Shown: positions 1-11,277 of the stretch, piece by piece
Numbering within the stretch: the stretch's first letter is position 1
Layout of the letters: each line of letters opens with the position of its first letter
Assembly (NCBI RefSeq): GCF_000008305.1
Contig: NC_006055.1
Location: 390,001 to 422,000, forward strand
Reading direction: 5' to 3'
Origin: Mesoplasma florum L1
GTDB taxonomy: Bacteria; Bacillota_I; Bacilli_A; Mycoplasmatales; Mycoplasmataceae
Length of the DNA stretch: 32,000 nucleotides
The notes under the pieces: generated by a model
Databases searched by the model: none
What the model was told of the DNA's origin: nothing
What the model saw: only the letters and a program-made list of their open reading frames with translations
Program-made: the position numbers and the translations under genes

Positions 1-796
1 CTAAAATTTTTGGAATATCTATATATTCTTCATCTCAAAGTACTTTTAATAAATTGTCAAAACCAATGTAACCATAACCAATATTCTCATGTCTATCTTT
101 ATGAGCTAATAACGGGTTTTTTGAATCATTTAAATGGAAACATAAAACTTTATCTTTACCAATTGTTTTATTAATTTCTTCTTTAATTAATTCTCAATTA
201 TTAAAATCATAACCAGCATCATGCATATGACATGTATCTAAACATACAGCAACTTTTTCTGGTTCGTTTACATTATCAATAACATATTTAAAATCATTTA
301 AAGATAAACCAACTTCAGTACCTTTTCCAGCCATTGTTTCTAATGCAATAATTACATTAGTTTGACTTGACGCAACAGCATTTAATCCTTTTACTAAAGC
401 ATTTAAAGCATCTGTATAATCACCTTTTAATCTTGCTCCTGGGTGTAAAACTAAAATCTTAACTCCGATATCTTCACAACGTTTAATTTCTTGTTTTAAA
501 AAATCAACACCAAAATCTCAAGTTGTTTGATTAACTGGATTTGAAATATTAATAATATAAGGTGCATGAACTACAATGTGATCTTTGTTAATATTATTTT
601 CTTTTAATAATTGATTAAATTCTTCAATATACAACTTATCAGTTGCAGTACGAACTGAGTTTTGTGGTGCACCAGTATAAAACATTAAAGTATTAGCTTC
701 ATAACTTAAAGCTTCTTTTACACTTCCGATTAAATATTCTCCATGTTTATTTGATTTGCTCATACCAACATGGCTACCTAAAATTGGTTTTTTCAT
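1..796 (-). CDS. nfo: Deoxyribonuclease IV (endonuclease IV, apurinic/apyrimidinic endonuclease), C-terminus beyond window edge
   Basis: N-terminus MKKPILGSHVGMSKSNKHGEYLIGSVKEALSYEANTLMFYTGAPQNS is typical of endonuclease IV. The frame stays open through TGA(Trp) codons to the window edge. SD AAAGGAG lies upstream. Confidence 0.9.
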
Positions 797-799
797 TTT

Positions 800-1624
800 T
801 TATTCTCCTTTAAAATGTTTTATTGCATATGCTTTATCTTGATTTAATAAATCTTTCAGTTCGTCTAAGTTATTTACTTTAATACTTTCACGTATAAAAT
901 CAATAATTTCTACATCGATTCCTCATCCATAAATATCTTGATCAAAATCTAAAATATGACTCTCAAATACATTAACTCCATTTTTATTAGTTCAATAAGC
1001 GCTAATACTTGGATATGCTTTTTCGTCATTTGGTAATTTAGTAGTTGTTAAATAAACAGCTTCTTTCAAAATCAACTCATCATTAATAATGATATTTGCA
1101 GTTGGATAATTAATTGTTCTCCCAATGTGGTTACCATGCTCAACAAAACCTTTAAAACCAAAATTAAAACCATTTAAATTTTTATATTCTTGAATTTTTC
1201 CTAATTTTAAAAACTCTTCACTCTTTTTAATATCATTATTAAGTTTTTCATCATATTTAATAATTGTTTTATCTTCAAAAGCTGTTTCAATTTTGGCTAG
1301 ATCTGAATTGTTATCAAATAAATAAACTTTTTGAATATTTAAATCTTGTTTAATTCTTTCATAATTATATTCTTGATTAAATGAATGTCATAAAACAAGT
1401 TCACAATCTAAATCTTTGGCTTTTTGCTCAATTCCTTTATTTGGAATTATATTTTTAAAGTTACTAATTTCTTTTTGAATCAAAATAACTTTTAAATTGT
1501 TCTCTTTCGCTTTTTTAATTAAATTAGTTTCATTTTCATCTCATTTATCAAATTCTGCAAATACAGCTACTGTTTGAGGCAAATTTCATAGCATCATTAG
1601 CATTTCATTATAGTGTATAGTCAT
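800..1624 (-). CDS. ribF: Riboflavin kinase / FAD synthetase-like protein (274 aa)
   Basis: Code-4 frame from ATG 1624 to TAA 800. It contains GHVGRTINYPTANI-like riboflavin kinase sequence (..FVEHGNHVGRTINYPTANIIIN..) after a degenerate nucleotidyltransferase-like N-terminal half. Confidence 0.75.
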
Positions 1625-1734
1625 TTTGTTTCTCCCCCACTTAATACAATTTAATTTAATTATATTTTTAAAATTCAAATTAATGTTGTACTAAATTATT
1701 AATTTATTTCTATTTTACATTATAATTATAAAAT

Positions 1735-2763
1735 GTGAAAAGGAGAAAATTATGGCTGAAAAAAAAACAAGCTAAAAGCAAAATTAAAATTGTTAAACCA
1801 CTAAAAAAAGAAACCAAAAAAACAAAAGAATTACTTTCTGATTTAAACGTTAAAATTAACAATAGCGAAGTTTCAGAAAAAGAAAAAAGATTGACTTTAA
1901 TTAAAACTCATAAAAAAATTACAAATCTTTTATTAAAAACTATTCCATATTTATTATTCTTATTTATTTTAGATGTTGTAATGTTGAGTGTCATTACAGT
2001 ACTATTTATTCTTTCAGCATTTGTGCTTGATAGAACAGCAGCTAATATTGTTAGATACATATTATTAGGTGTTTCAGCTTTTATGTTAGCAAAATTTACT
2101 TACATGAATTGATTTTCAAAAAATTTATATTTCAAAAAGATTATTGTATTTAAATATAAATCAAAAGTTGATAGACAAAAATTTAGAGCAGTTAGAGAAA
2201 TTTCATTTACACCAATATGATTCTTAATATTCTTTGTCGCATCAAATTTTTACATTACTATTTTAGTAAACTTTGAAATTCAACAAAACTTTGTGTCAAC
2301 TGGTGATAATAAAGTTTTAATCTGAGCTATTTTAAGAACCACAATTGATATGATGCTTCTTCCATCATTCTTGAACTCATTTAATAAAATTGCTGATAAA
2401 TCTAAAGCAATTGATGCAAACTATGTTAAATTGATTAAAGATCAATATTTCTCAAATAAATCATTATTTGAGGATGTCGAATTTGAAGATAATTACTTAA
2501 ACTTAAAATTTAGTAAAAACAGTTTAACTTCAAAAAATGGATTATTTATTTTAGTTAATAAAGATGATTTAACTAGACCTGATCAAGGTAGAATGATAGA
2601 AATAAATAATGAAATATTAGATCGTTATAAAGAAATATGAGAAAGTTATGTCGATTTATTAGAAAATAGAATGAAAGCTAAATTTAATAAAGCAACAGTT
2701 CACAAACTTTTCTGATTAGAAAGAATATATGACACAATTTTCTTAGATTTATTCGAAATTTAA
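1735..2763 (+). CDS. Membrane protein, DUF3137-like (about 340 aa); start and 5' frame uncertain
   Basis: The frame is open from GTG 1735 through TGA(Trp) codons to TAA 2761-2763, with two TM segments (TIPYLLFLFILDVVMLSVITVLFILSAF..). The only good SD (AAAGGAG) plus ATG is at 1752, in a different frame. DUF3137 assignment is from overall resemblance only. Confidence 0.7.
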
Positions 2764-2772
2764 AATTGATAT

Positions 2773-2808
2773 TAAAAAACCTTATGTTAATTCATAAGGT
2801 TTTTTATT
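2773..2808. terminator. Bidirectional intrinsic terminator
   Basis: Inverted repeat AAAAACCTTATG-TTAATT-CATAAGGTTTTTT between convergent genes. Confidence 0.8.
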
Positions 2809-3112
2809 TTTTATCTTCAATTAGTTTTTCGTTATAAACAACTTGAAATTCATTTCTTGCTATTTTCTCTTTAATAGGTAAAACTTGATTTAAGTATTTA
2901 GGGTTTGCTTTTCTGCCAGCCATAATAGCATTATAAATAACTCATCCTAAAATTGGGATAAATCATAATAACCTTAATCATCCAGCTGTTTTATTATCAA
3001 TTTTACTTACATGTTTATAAAGATCTTTGTTTTCAACTTTTAGTTGAGCATTTTGCTTTACCAATTCTTCAACTGTTAAGTCTAAATTTCTTTTTAGAAT
3101 TTGTTCACTCAT
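2804..3112 (-). CDS. Small hypothetical membrane protein (102 aa)
   Basis: ATG 3112 follows SD GGAG; TAA at 2804. Translation MSEQILKRNLDLTVEELVKQNAQLKVENKDLYKHVSKINNKTAGWLRLWFMIYPILGWVIYNAIMAG... Confidence 0.75.
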
Positions 3113-3213
3113 AGTTTCTCCTATATTTAGTAATTTAACTACAATAAATTTTAACACAAAAATCTAATATACTATTTGATATAATAAATTTGTTACTGAA
3201 AGGATTTGATTAA

Positions 3214-3984
3214 ATGTTTCCCTATTTAGGAATTATTATAGCTTCAATCTTTGGTTATTTATTGGGTAGTGTTCTCTGATCAGTTCCTATTACTAAATGA
3301 GTCAAAGGTGTAAGCATTTATGAAGTGGGTTCAAATAACCCTGGGGCCACTAATACAGTTAGAATATTAGGTAAAAGATGAGGTTTAGCTGTAGCTTTAC
3401 TTGATGGATTCAAAGTATTAATCACAGCTGCATTTGCAATTGGATTATCAATGATACCAAATGAATTATTTAGTAAAACAAGTTACTTTATTCCATGTAT
3501 CTTTGTTTTGATTGGTCATTGCTGACCAATTTGATTTAAATTTAAAGGTGGTAAAGCTGTAAGTTGTTTCTTAGGTCTATTAATTGTTGTTAATTACTTA
3601 TACTTTTTAATTTTCTTTATCGTTTGATGAATATTTGCATTTAAATATCGTAAAGTTAGTTTATCTTCAATTATTGGAACTGCTACAATCTTATTATTAA
3701 TGTGATTACCTTGAACATATGGTGTTATGGGTTATAGTTTATTCAACGGATATGATTCTTTCATTGTTGCTTGAGATAAACACATTGTATTTAGTTTTTA
3801 TAACTTATTTCATAAGTTTTCTTCTAATATACATGGTTCAAACTTTGCTGATGGAATGTTAACAGGGCAAATTGTTATCTTAATTGGAATGGTTATTTTA
3901 GTTGTTAGACATAAATCAAATATTGTTAAATTAAAAAATAAAACTGAACAACCAATTTATCCTAAAAAAGAAAAAAACGTGTAG
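3214..3984 (+). CDS. plsY: Glycerol-3-phosphate acyltransferase PlsY (256 aa)
   Basis: Contains GYLLGSVLWSVPITK, GSNNPGATNTVRILGKRWG and FKGGKAV motifs typical of PlsY. Confidence 0.9.
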
Positions 3985-4004
3985 ACATAAGTCACACGTT
4001 TTTT
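3968..4004. terminator. Intrinsic terminator after plsY
   Basis: AAAAAACGTGT-AGACATAAGTC-ACACGTTTTTT hairpin overlapping the plsY stop. Confidence 0.75.
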
Positions 4005-4010
4005 AAATTA

Positions 4011-4742
4011 TTATAAAGTGTAATTAAATGTTACTGATGTACCTAAATTAGTTCAACTTTTTCCACTTGAAAATGATCATATAGGATTAATATAAGAACC
4101 TATAATAAATTCAAACTCATATTTATCACCAGTGTCATAAGTATAATTTAAAGCTGAAAATTCATTATATTGTAATCTAGCTGAACCTGATTGTCAATAA
4201 TAATTTGAGATTCTGTTTAATCGCGAATTAATTATTTCTTCGGGTAGTGTTGTTGGAGGCATTGGTCCTTTTTTAACGTCACAAATAGAATGTGGTTTTT
4301 TTGCAAAAGCACTAGTTGGATAGAAAACATCTCCTCCTCAAGTTATTTGATTAGAATTTTTAGTATTGTTATTTTCAAATCTATTTTCAGCAGATAAACT
4401 GTTTAATTCGACCAATTCTCATTCGTTAGGATTTTCAGTCGGCTTAAAAGCGTCAATATCTGTTTGAATTCTGTAAATTTTATAACTTAACACTGGTGCT
4501 GATGTTGCACCAGTTTCATTATAATGAAATAAATTTTTACCATCATTAGTTAAGTTTAATGTAATACTTCCACCTTTATCATTATTTACATATTCAATTT
4601 GATCTTTAGTTATATCAATAACTTCTGAAACAACTTTAATTTCTTTTGTTTCCTCTTTAGAAGATGGAATATTGACAGCTGCAACTGTACCACTAGAACT
4701 AACCAAAGTCATTCCAGTTAAAAATGTTAATATTTGTTTCAT
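4011..4742 (-). CDS. Hypothetical exported protein (243 aa)
   Basis: Signal-peptide-like N-terminus MKQILTFLTGMTLVSSSGTVAA with no lipobox Cys. The frame is open across TGA codons, with the start 1 nt from the upstream gene's stop. Confidence 0.75.
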
Positions 4743-4743
4743 T

Positions 4744-5877
4744 TTAACCTCACAATGATGCTCTATCAAACACTCATGTTGTTTCCATTCATGTGTTAGC
4801 GTTTGTTGTTTCTGAGTTATCTAAATCGATAATTCCTTTGTTAGAAAGGGTTACTCTATTTGTTGCAGGATCTATATTAATGTTTAATGTTAAATTTAAT
4901 GAAGAGTTTCAATTTCCAGTTGATTCATTAATTCCAATTGTTTCATAGTTAGTTTCAAAAACTAAATTGTATTCAGTTGATAGCTCCTCATTTTTTATAA
5001 AATCAATAGAATCAAGCATAATATTTGAATTATATCCTGCTTGTTGTATACTTCTACGCATAGTTCCATAGAAAGAAACTCTTTTTGTATTTTGCAAGTT
5101 AATTCCTTGAGTTGAAACAGTTGAGCCTGTTAGGCCTGAGATGCTTTGATTAATTACTCTATCTTTTGTAGTTACAACAGCACTATTTGAAGAACTTATA
5201 TTAAATATTGTAGCTAAAAGTTCTGTTCCCATATCTTGTTCAGTTGAAACAGTATTATTAATGTAATAATGTGTACGTTCTGTTTTAAAAAATATTTTAA
5301 CACCTACTTCTCCAGTTAAAGAATTAGTATATCGATATCCATCAACTACTGTTTGATTTAGTTTAATATCAGCAAATGCATTACCTTTTGAATCAATGTA
5401 ATAAGTTAGTTCTAAATCAAGCGATCATCCTATACTTGTAGCTGAATTATTTTGGTGTATATTTCCCATAAATACAGCCTTATCTTTTGTATTTTGACTA
5501 GGATCTCTTTTTAATAAAATAGCTGTAAATCTTTGATTTACTGAAGCTGCTTCAATATTGAAAATACCACCATAATTTATTGTGTCAATTTTTGAATCAT
5601 TTAATATATCATTAACTGTTATTGCGTTAGGCAATGGCACAGTGAAATTTGATTCAACTGTTTCAACACCTCTACCGCTAAACTTGTTCATAGTTGTAGC
5701 TCTTCTTAAATAATTGTCGCTAAAATCATATGGAGTTAATGAATTTGTTCCATACTCCAAATTTACTTTGTCATTTTTAATATCTTTTATATTTTCTTCT
5801 GTTGATAAACTAATAATAGGAGATGCAGCAGTTGCACTCAAACCAATAGCTCCCAAAACTGATAATAATGTTTTCAT
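4744..5877 (-). CDS. Hypothetical exported protein (377 aa)
   Basis: ATG 5877 follows an AGAAGGGGGAAC SD. Signal peptide MKTLLSVLGAIGLSATAASP; code-4 frame continues to TAA 4744-4746. Confidence 0.8.
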
Positions 5878-6059
5878 ATTTGTTCCCCCTTCTGTGTAGA
5901 ACCGTTAATATTTTTTATTAACTACTTTTATTTTTAATCTAATTTTTTATAAAGTCTATTTTTTAAATCATGATTTGAAACTTTAGTAATGTATAATTTT
6001 AGTAAATAACCCTAATTTTTACCACTATTATAATTTATATTAAAAACAAAGGAAAATTT

Positions 6060-6551
6060 ATGAATAAAGCTTTAATAATAGTTGATTATCAGTATGATTT
6101 TGTTGATTCAAATGGAAAATTGTATGTGCATGCAGCTGAAAGTAAAAAAACTTATATAGAATATTTAATTAAAATTTTCAATGAAAACAATGATTTAGTT
6201 GTTGCTACAAAGGATATGCACCCACTTGATCATTATTCTTTTGCTCAATGAGGACCACATTGTGTTGTTGGAACTAAGGGTACTGATTTATACTTTGATT
6301 CTTCTTCAATTGATAAGATAATTGAAAAAGGCAAAAATAAAAAAACTGAAAGTTATAGTGCCTTTTTTGATGAAAAAGGGAATTCTAACTTTCTTGACGA
6401 ATATTTAAGAGAAAATAATATTCAAGAATTAACTATTGTGGGAGTTGCTTTAGAAGTTTGTGTTAAAGCAACTTTTGAGCATGCAATTGAGTTGGGTTAT
6501 AAAACTAATTTAGATTTAAAAGGTTGTGCAGGATTTCAAGATAAAAAATAA
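6060..6551 (+). CDS. Nicotinamidase/isochorismatase-family cysteine hydrolase (163 aa)
   Basis: MNKALIIVDYQYDF (catalytic Asp), ATKDMHP, and VGVALEVCVKATFEHA (catalytic Cys motif). Confidence 0.85.
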
Positions 6552-6679
6552 AAATACTATTTTATTTAAAACTAATTGATATAATAAAGTTAGTATTTGA
6601 ACAAATCGAATCTTAAAATTTTAACTTTTAGTTCATAATTTTATCCATTTGATCAGTATTATAGAAAGTAGACGACAAA

Positions 6680-6916
6680 ATGAACAAAGTTATCTCAGTT
6701 AAAATTTCTGATATTGCTCCTTTTGGTGCATTTGCTATTTTTGAATTAGACGGTAAAGAATACAAAGGTTTAATCCATATTAGTGAAATTGCTAACACTT
6801 TTGTAAACGACATTAACGATTTCGTTAAAGTTGGTCAAGACGTTGAAGTTCTAATTTTAGAATTAAACGATGAAAAAGCTCAAGCAAAATTATCAATTAA
6901 AAAAGTTAACGCTTAA
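6680..6916 (+). CDS. S1 RNA-binding domain protein, GSP13/CvfD-like (78 aa)
   Basis: VKISDIAPFGAFAIFELDGKEYKGLIHISEIANTFVNDINDFVKVGQDVEVLI is a canonical S1 domain. Confidence 0.85.
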   Translation: MNKVISVKISDIAPFGAFAIFELDGKEYKGLIHISEIANTFVNDINDFVKVGQDVEVLILELNDEKAQAKLSIKKVNA

Positions 6917-6934
6917 TTAATAATTAAACGAACT

Positions 6935-6967
6935 AAAAAAGAGAACTTACAGTTCTCTTTTTTTCTT
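6935..6967 (+). terminator. Intrinsic terminator
   Basis: AAAAAAGAGAACT-TAC-AGTTCTCTTTTTTT. Confidence 0.85.
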
Positions 6968-6990
6968 TGCAAATATTTTAACATTTATTG

Positions 6991-7020
6991 TTGAATATAA
7001 ATACAACATTAATATATAAT
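6991..7020 (+). promoter_or_regulatory. Candidate promoter for the guaAB leader
   Basis: TTGAAT (6991-6996), 18-nt spacer, TATAAT (7015-7020). Confidence 0.45.
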
Positions 7021-7044
7021 AATTCAAATAATTAAATATAAAAA

Positions 7045-7107
7045 ACTTATACATGACAACATATTGGGTTGTCGACCTGCCTCTGGACCTATCCTTAGAC
7101 TATAAGC
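7045..7107 (+). promoter_or_regulatory. Purine riboswitch-class aptamer (guanine / 2'-deoxyguanosine variant type)
   Basis: P1 CTTATA/TATAAG; P2 TGACAAC/GTTGTCG with 7-nt loop ATATTGG; J2/3 ACCTGCC; P3 TCTGG.../TTAGA with loop ACCTATC(C); J3/1 contains C. It closely parallels the Mesoplasma florum 2'-dG aptamer architecture and lies directly upstream of guaA. Confidence 0.85.
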
Positions 7108-7109
7108 GT

Positions 7110-7141
7110 GAGGTTTTTTTACACAAAAAAGCCTCTTTTTT
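7110..7141 (+). terminator. Riboswitch expression-platform terminator
   Basis: GAGGTTTTTTT-acac-AAAAAAGCCTC followed by TTTTTT, immediately 3' of the aptamer and before the guaA SD. Confidence 0.85.
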
Positions 7142-7159
7142 ATTTAGAAGGAGATTAAA

Positions 7160-8691
7160 ATGAAAAATACTCAAATCTTGATTTTAGATTTTGGAAGTCA
7201 ATATACACAGTTATTAGCTAGAAGAGTTAGAGAAGCTAATATTTATACAGAAGTTTTACCTTTTGATACATCAATTGAAAAAATTAAAGAATATCCACTT
7301 TTAAAAGGTATCATTCTTTCTGGTGGGCCTTCAAGTGTATATTTACAAAATGCTTATAAAATAGATTCTGAAATCTTAAATTTAGATATTGCTATTTTAG
7401 GTGTATGTTATGGTATGCAATTATTAACTCAATATTTTCAAGGTGCTGTTGAATTGGCTGATGAACAAGAATTTGGTAAAGCAATCATAACTATTGATGA
7501 TAAAAAAAATCCACTTTTTAAAAATGTAACTACTGAGTCTCAAGTTTGAATGAGTCATGCTGATCATGTTACAGAGTTACCAGTAGATTTTAAACAGATT
7601 GCACATTCTAACGCAAGTATTGCAGCTATTGCTCATAATACTAAACCAATTTATGGTATTCAATTCCATGCTGAAGTGACTCATTCTTTACAAGGTAAAG
7701 AAATGTTAGAAAACTTCTTATATGATATTGCTAAATGTAATAAAGACTGAAATCTTGATGACTTTATTGATCAACAAATCAAAGAAATCAAAGAAACTGT
7801 TAAAGATAAGCAAGTTATTTTGGGTTTAAGTGGTGGAGTTGATTCATCAGTTGCTGCTGCTATTATTGGTAAAGCTATTGGTAAACAACTTACTTGTATC
7901 TTTGTTGATACTGGTTTATTAAGAAAAAATGAAACAATTGAAGTTATGAAAGCTTATGAAACTAATTTTGATATTAATATTAAGTTAGTTGAAGCAAGTG
8001 ATCTTTTCTTTTCTGAATTAAAAGGAATTAAAGAGCCTGAAGCTAAAAGAAAAATTATTGGTAAATGTTTTATAGACGTTTTTACAGATGCGGCTAGACA
8101 ACATAAGGATGCTGATTTCTTAGCACAAGGAACTATTTATCCAGATGTTATTGAATCTTCTTCTCATGGAGCTAGTTCTAAAACAATTAAATCTCATCAC
8201 AATGTTGGTGGATTACCAGAAGATTTAAAATTTAGATTAATTGAACCTTTAAGAAACTTATTTAAAGATGAAGTAAGACAAGTTGGTTTTAAATTGGGAT
8301 TACCTGAAGAAATGATTAATCGTCATCCTTTCCCTGGACCTGGGCTAGGAATTAGAGTTATTGAAGAAGTAACTAAAGATAAAGTTGAAATTTTACAAGA
8401 AGCAGATGCTATATTTATTAAAAAATTAAGGGAATGAAATTTATATAATACAGTTTCACAAGCCTTTGTTACATTATTACCAGTTAAAACAGTTGGTGTA
8501 ATGGGTGATAATCGTACTTATGATTATGTTGTTGCTTTAAGAAGTGTTAATACAATTGATTTTATGACAGCAACTAGCACACATCTTCCTTGAGAATTTT
8601 TAGATGAAGTAGTAAATGAAATAATAAATAAAGTAGATAATGTTAACCGAGTAGTTTATGATGTTACATCTAAACCTCCAGGAACAATAGA

Positions 8692-8701
<10 letters not shown>
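7160..8701 (+). CDS. guaA: GMP synthase, glutamine-hydrolysing (513 aa)
   Basis: [28 protein letters not shown] and [15 protein letters not shown] motifs. SD AGAAGGAG at 7147-7154. Confidence 0.97.
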
Positions 8702-9834
<1,133 letters not shown>

Positions 9835-9838
9835 GAAA

Positions 9839-9873
9839 ATAACTCACTTTTAAAACAAAGTGAGTTTTTATTA
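9839..9873 (+). terminator. Intrinsic terminator of guaAB
   Basis: AACTCACTTT-TAAAAC-AAAGTGAGTTTTT. Confidence 0.85.
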
Positions 9874-9927
9874 TTATGTTTTTCTATTAATAATATAAAA
9901 TATTAGTATCTTTAAGGCGGATACTAT

Positions 9928-10548
9928 ATGATTGAATTTAATAACACAAAAAAATATTTTAAAGTAATGATTAAACGATTAGTAATTTTTGACATACTCT
10001 GTTTTATATATTGAATGCCGGGATTAGTTTTATTAATACTTTCAGTTTTATATGATGAAAGCAGTTTTGTTAAAAAACATGAATGAATTATAATATTTAA
10101 TTATTTCACAACAATTTTTTGTTTCTTTATTAGTTTTTGATTGTTCTTTTATATATTGAATGTTTTGAGTTTAATAAAGAATACCGAGATTTCAGATAAT
10201 GAAAAATATTTATCTATATTTGCTTTATTTTTAAACCATAAAAATTTTAAAAGAGTTTTTATAGATCAGAATAAACAATTTTCAAACTACATTAAAATTT
10301 TTTGAAAAAAAGATGATAGCAAAAAAATGAATACAAAAAAACATGGTTTTTTATACATTACAGGCGATATTCTCTTTGAAATATTTACTTTTTGAGGTGT
10401 TGGTACCATTTTACTTATTTTATTTTTTATTCTATTTTACCCAATATTTTTAATTATTTATGTGCTTGTTTATCTATTTTCAATAGATATAAATATTAAA
10501 ATTAACAAAGAATTAAATAAACAGCTAATAGAAAACAAAAAAATCTAA
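9928..10548 (+). CDS. Hypothetical multi-pass membrane protein (206 aa)
   Basis: ATG 9928 after AAGGCGGA. Several hydrophobic segments; code-4 frame to TAA 10546-10548. Confidence 0.7.
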
Positions 10549-10630
10549 AGTGATTTAATTGATGTAATGATAAAATGTAAGTGTGATATTTTTTTATTAC
10601 AAAAAGGAAAGACAAAGGCAAATAAATTCA

Positions 10631-11200
10631 ATGAAAAAAGAAGAAAATAAACAAATTCTTGAACTTAATGAATTTGTAAAAAATAACTGTAGTATTTTCT
10701 TATTTTATAACTTCTTTAATTAACTATTATTTAAAAATAGAAGTTTAATTCAAATGTTTTGAAGTATTTTATATTTTATATCATTAACGCCTTGTATTAT
10801 AGGTTTAATACAAATACATAATTTAGAGATTAAAAAAGAAAGCAACGATTATAATGATCATGATGAAATTAAAATTTATATTGTTTTAGTTTCTATTTTG
10901 GATCTTTTCATAACTTTTTGACTAATTTTAAATTTAGCTTTACTGATGGTTATTGTTTTAGATAGTAATTCAAAACCACCAAGTCCTGGATTTTATTATT
11001 CAATAATTTTTAAATTTTTAAATATCCTATTTATTTCAATTAGTAAAACATTTAAAAATAAATTTGACAATCAAAGCTTATTTAATCAAAAAAACAGAAA
11101 AATAATCTTTAATTTATTATTTCTATTACCTTTAGTCAACGTTATTTGATTATTTATTATACTTGTACCAATAATAAAAGAAGAAGGAATAAGAAAATAA
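10631..11200 (+). CDS. Hypothetical multi-pass membrane protein (189 aa)
   Basis: MKKEENKQILELNEFVKNNCSIFLFYNFFNLLLFKNRSLIQMFW... with about 4 hydrophobic segments. Frame open to TAA 11198-11200; the track ORF 10946..11149 is only part of it. Confidence 0.7.
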
Positions 11201-11277
11201 CTGTTTATATTAAAAAAACTCATTTTAAATGAGTTTTATTTTTTAATTATTAATTACTTGCTCTTAGATTTTGTACT

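Noticed and set aside
6628-6813. Minus-strand 61-aa ORF opposite the S1-domain gene
   Set aside because: Overlaps a clearly conserved S1-domain CDS and has no SD.
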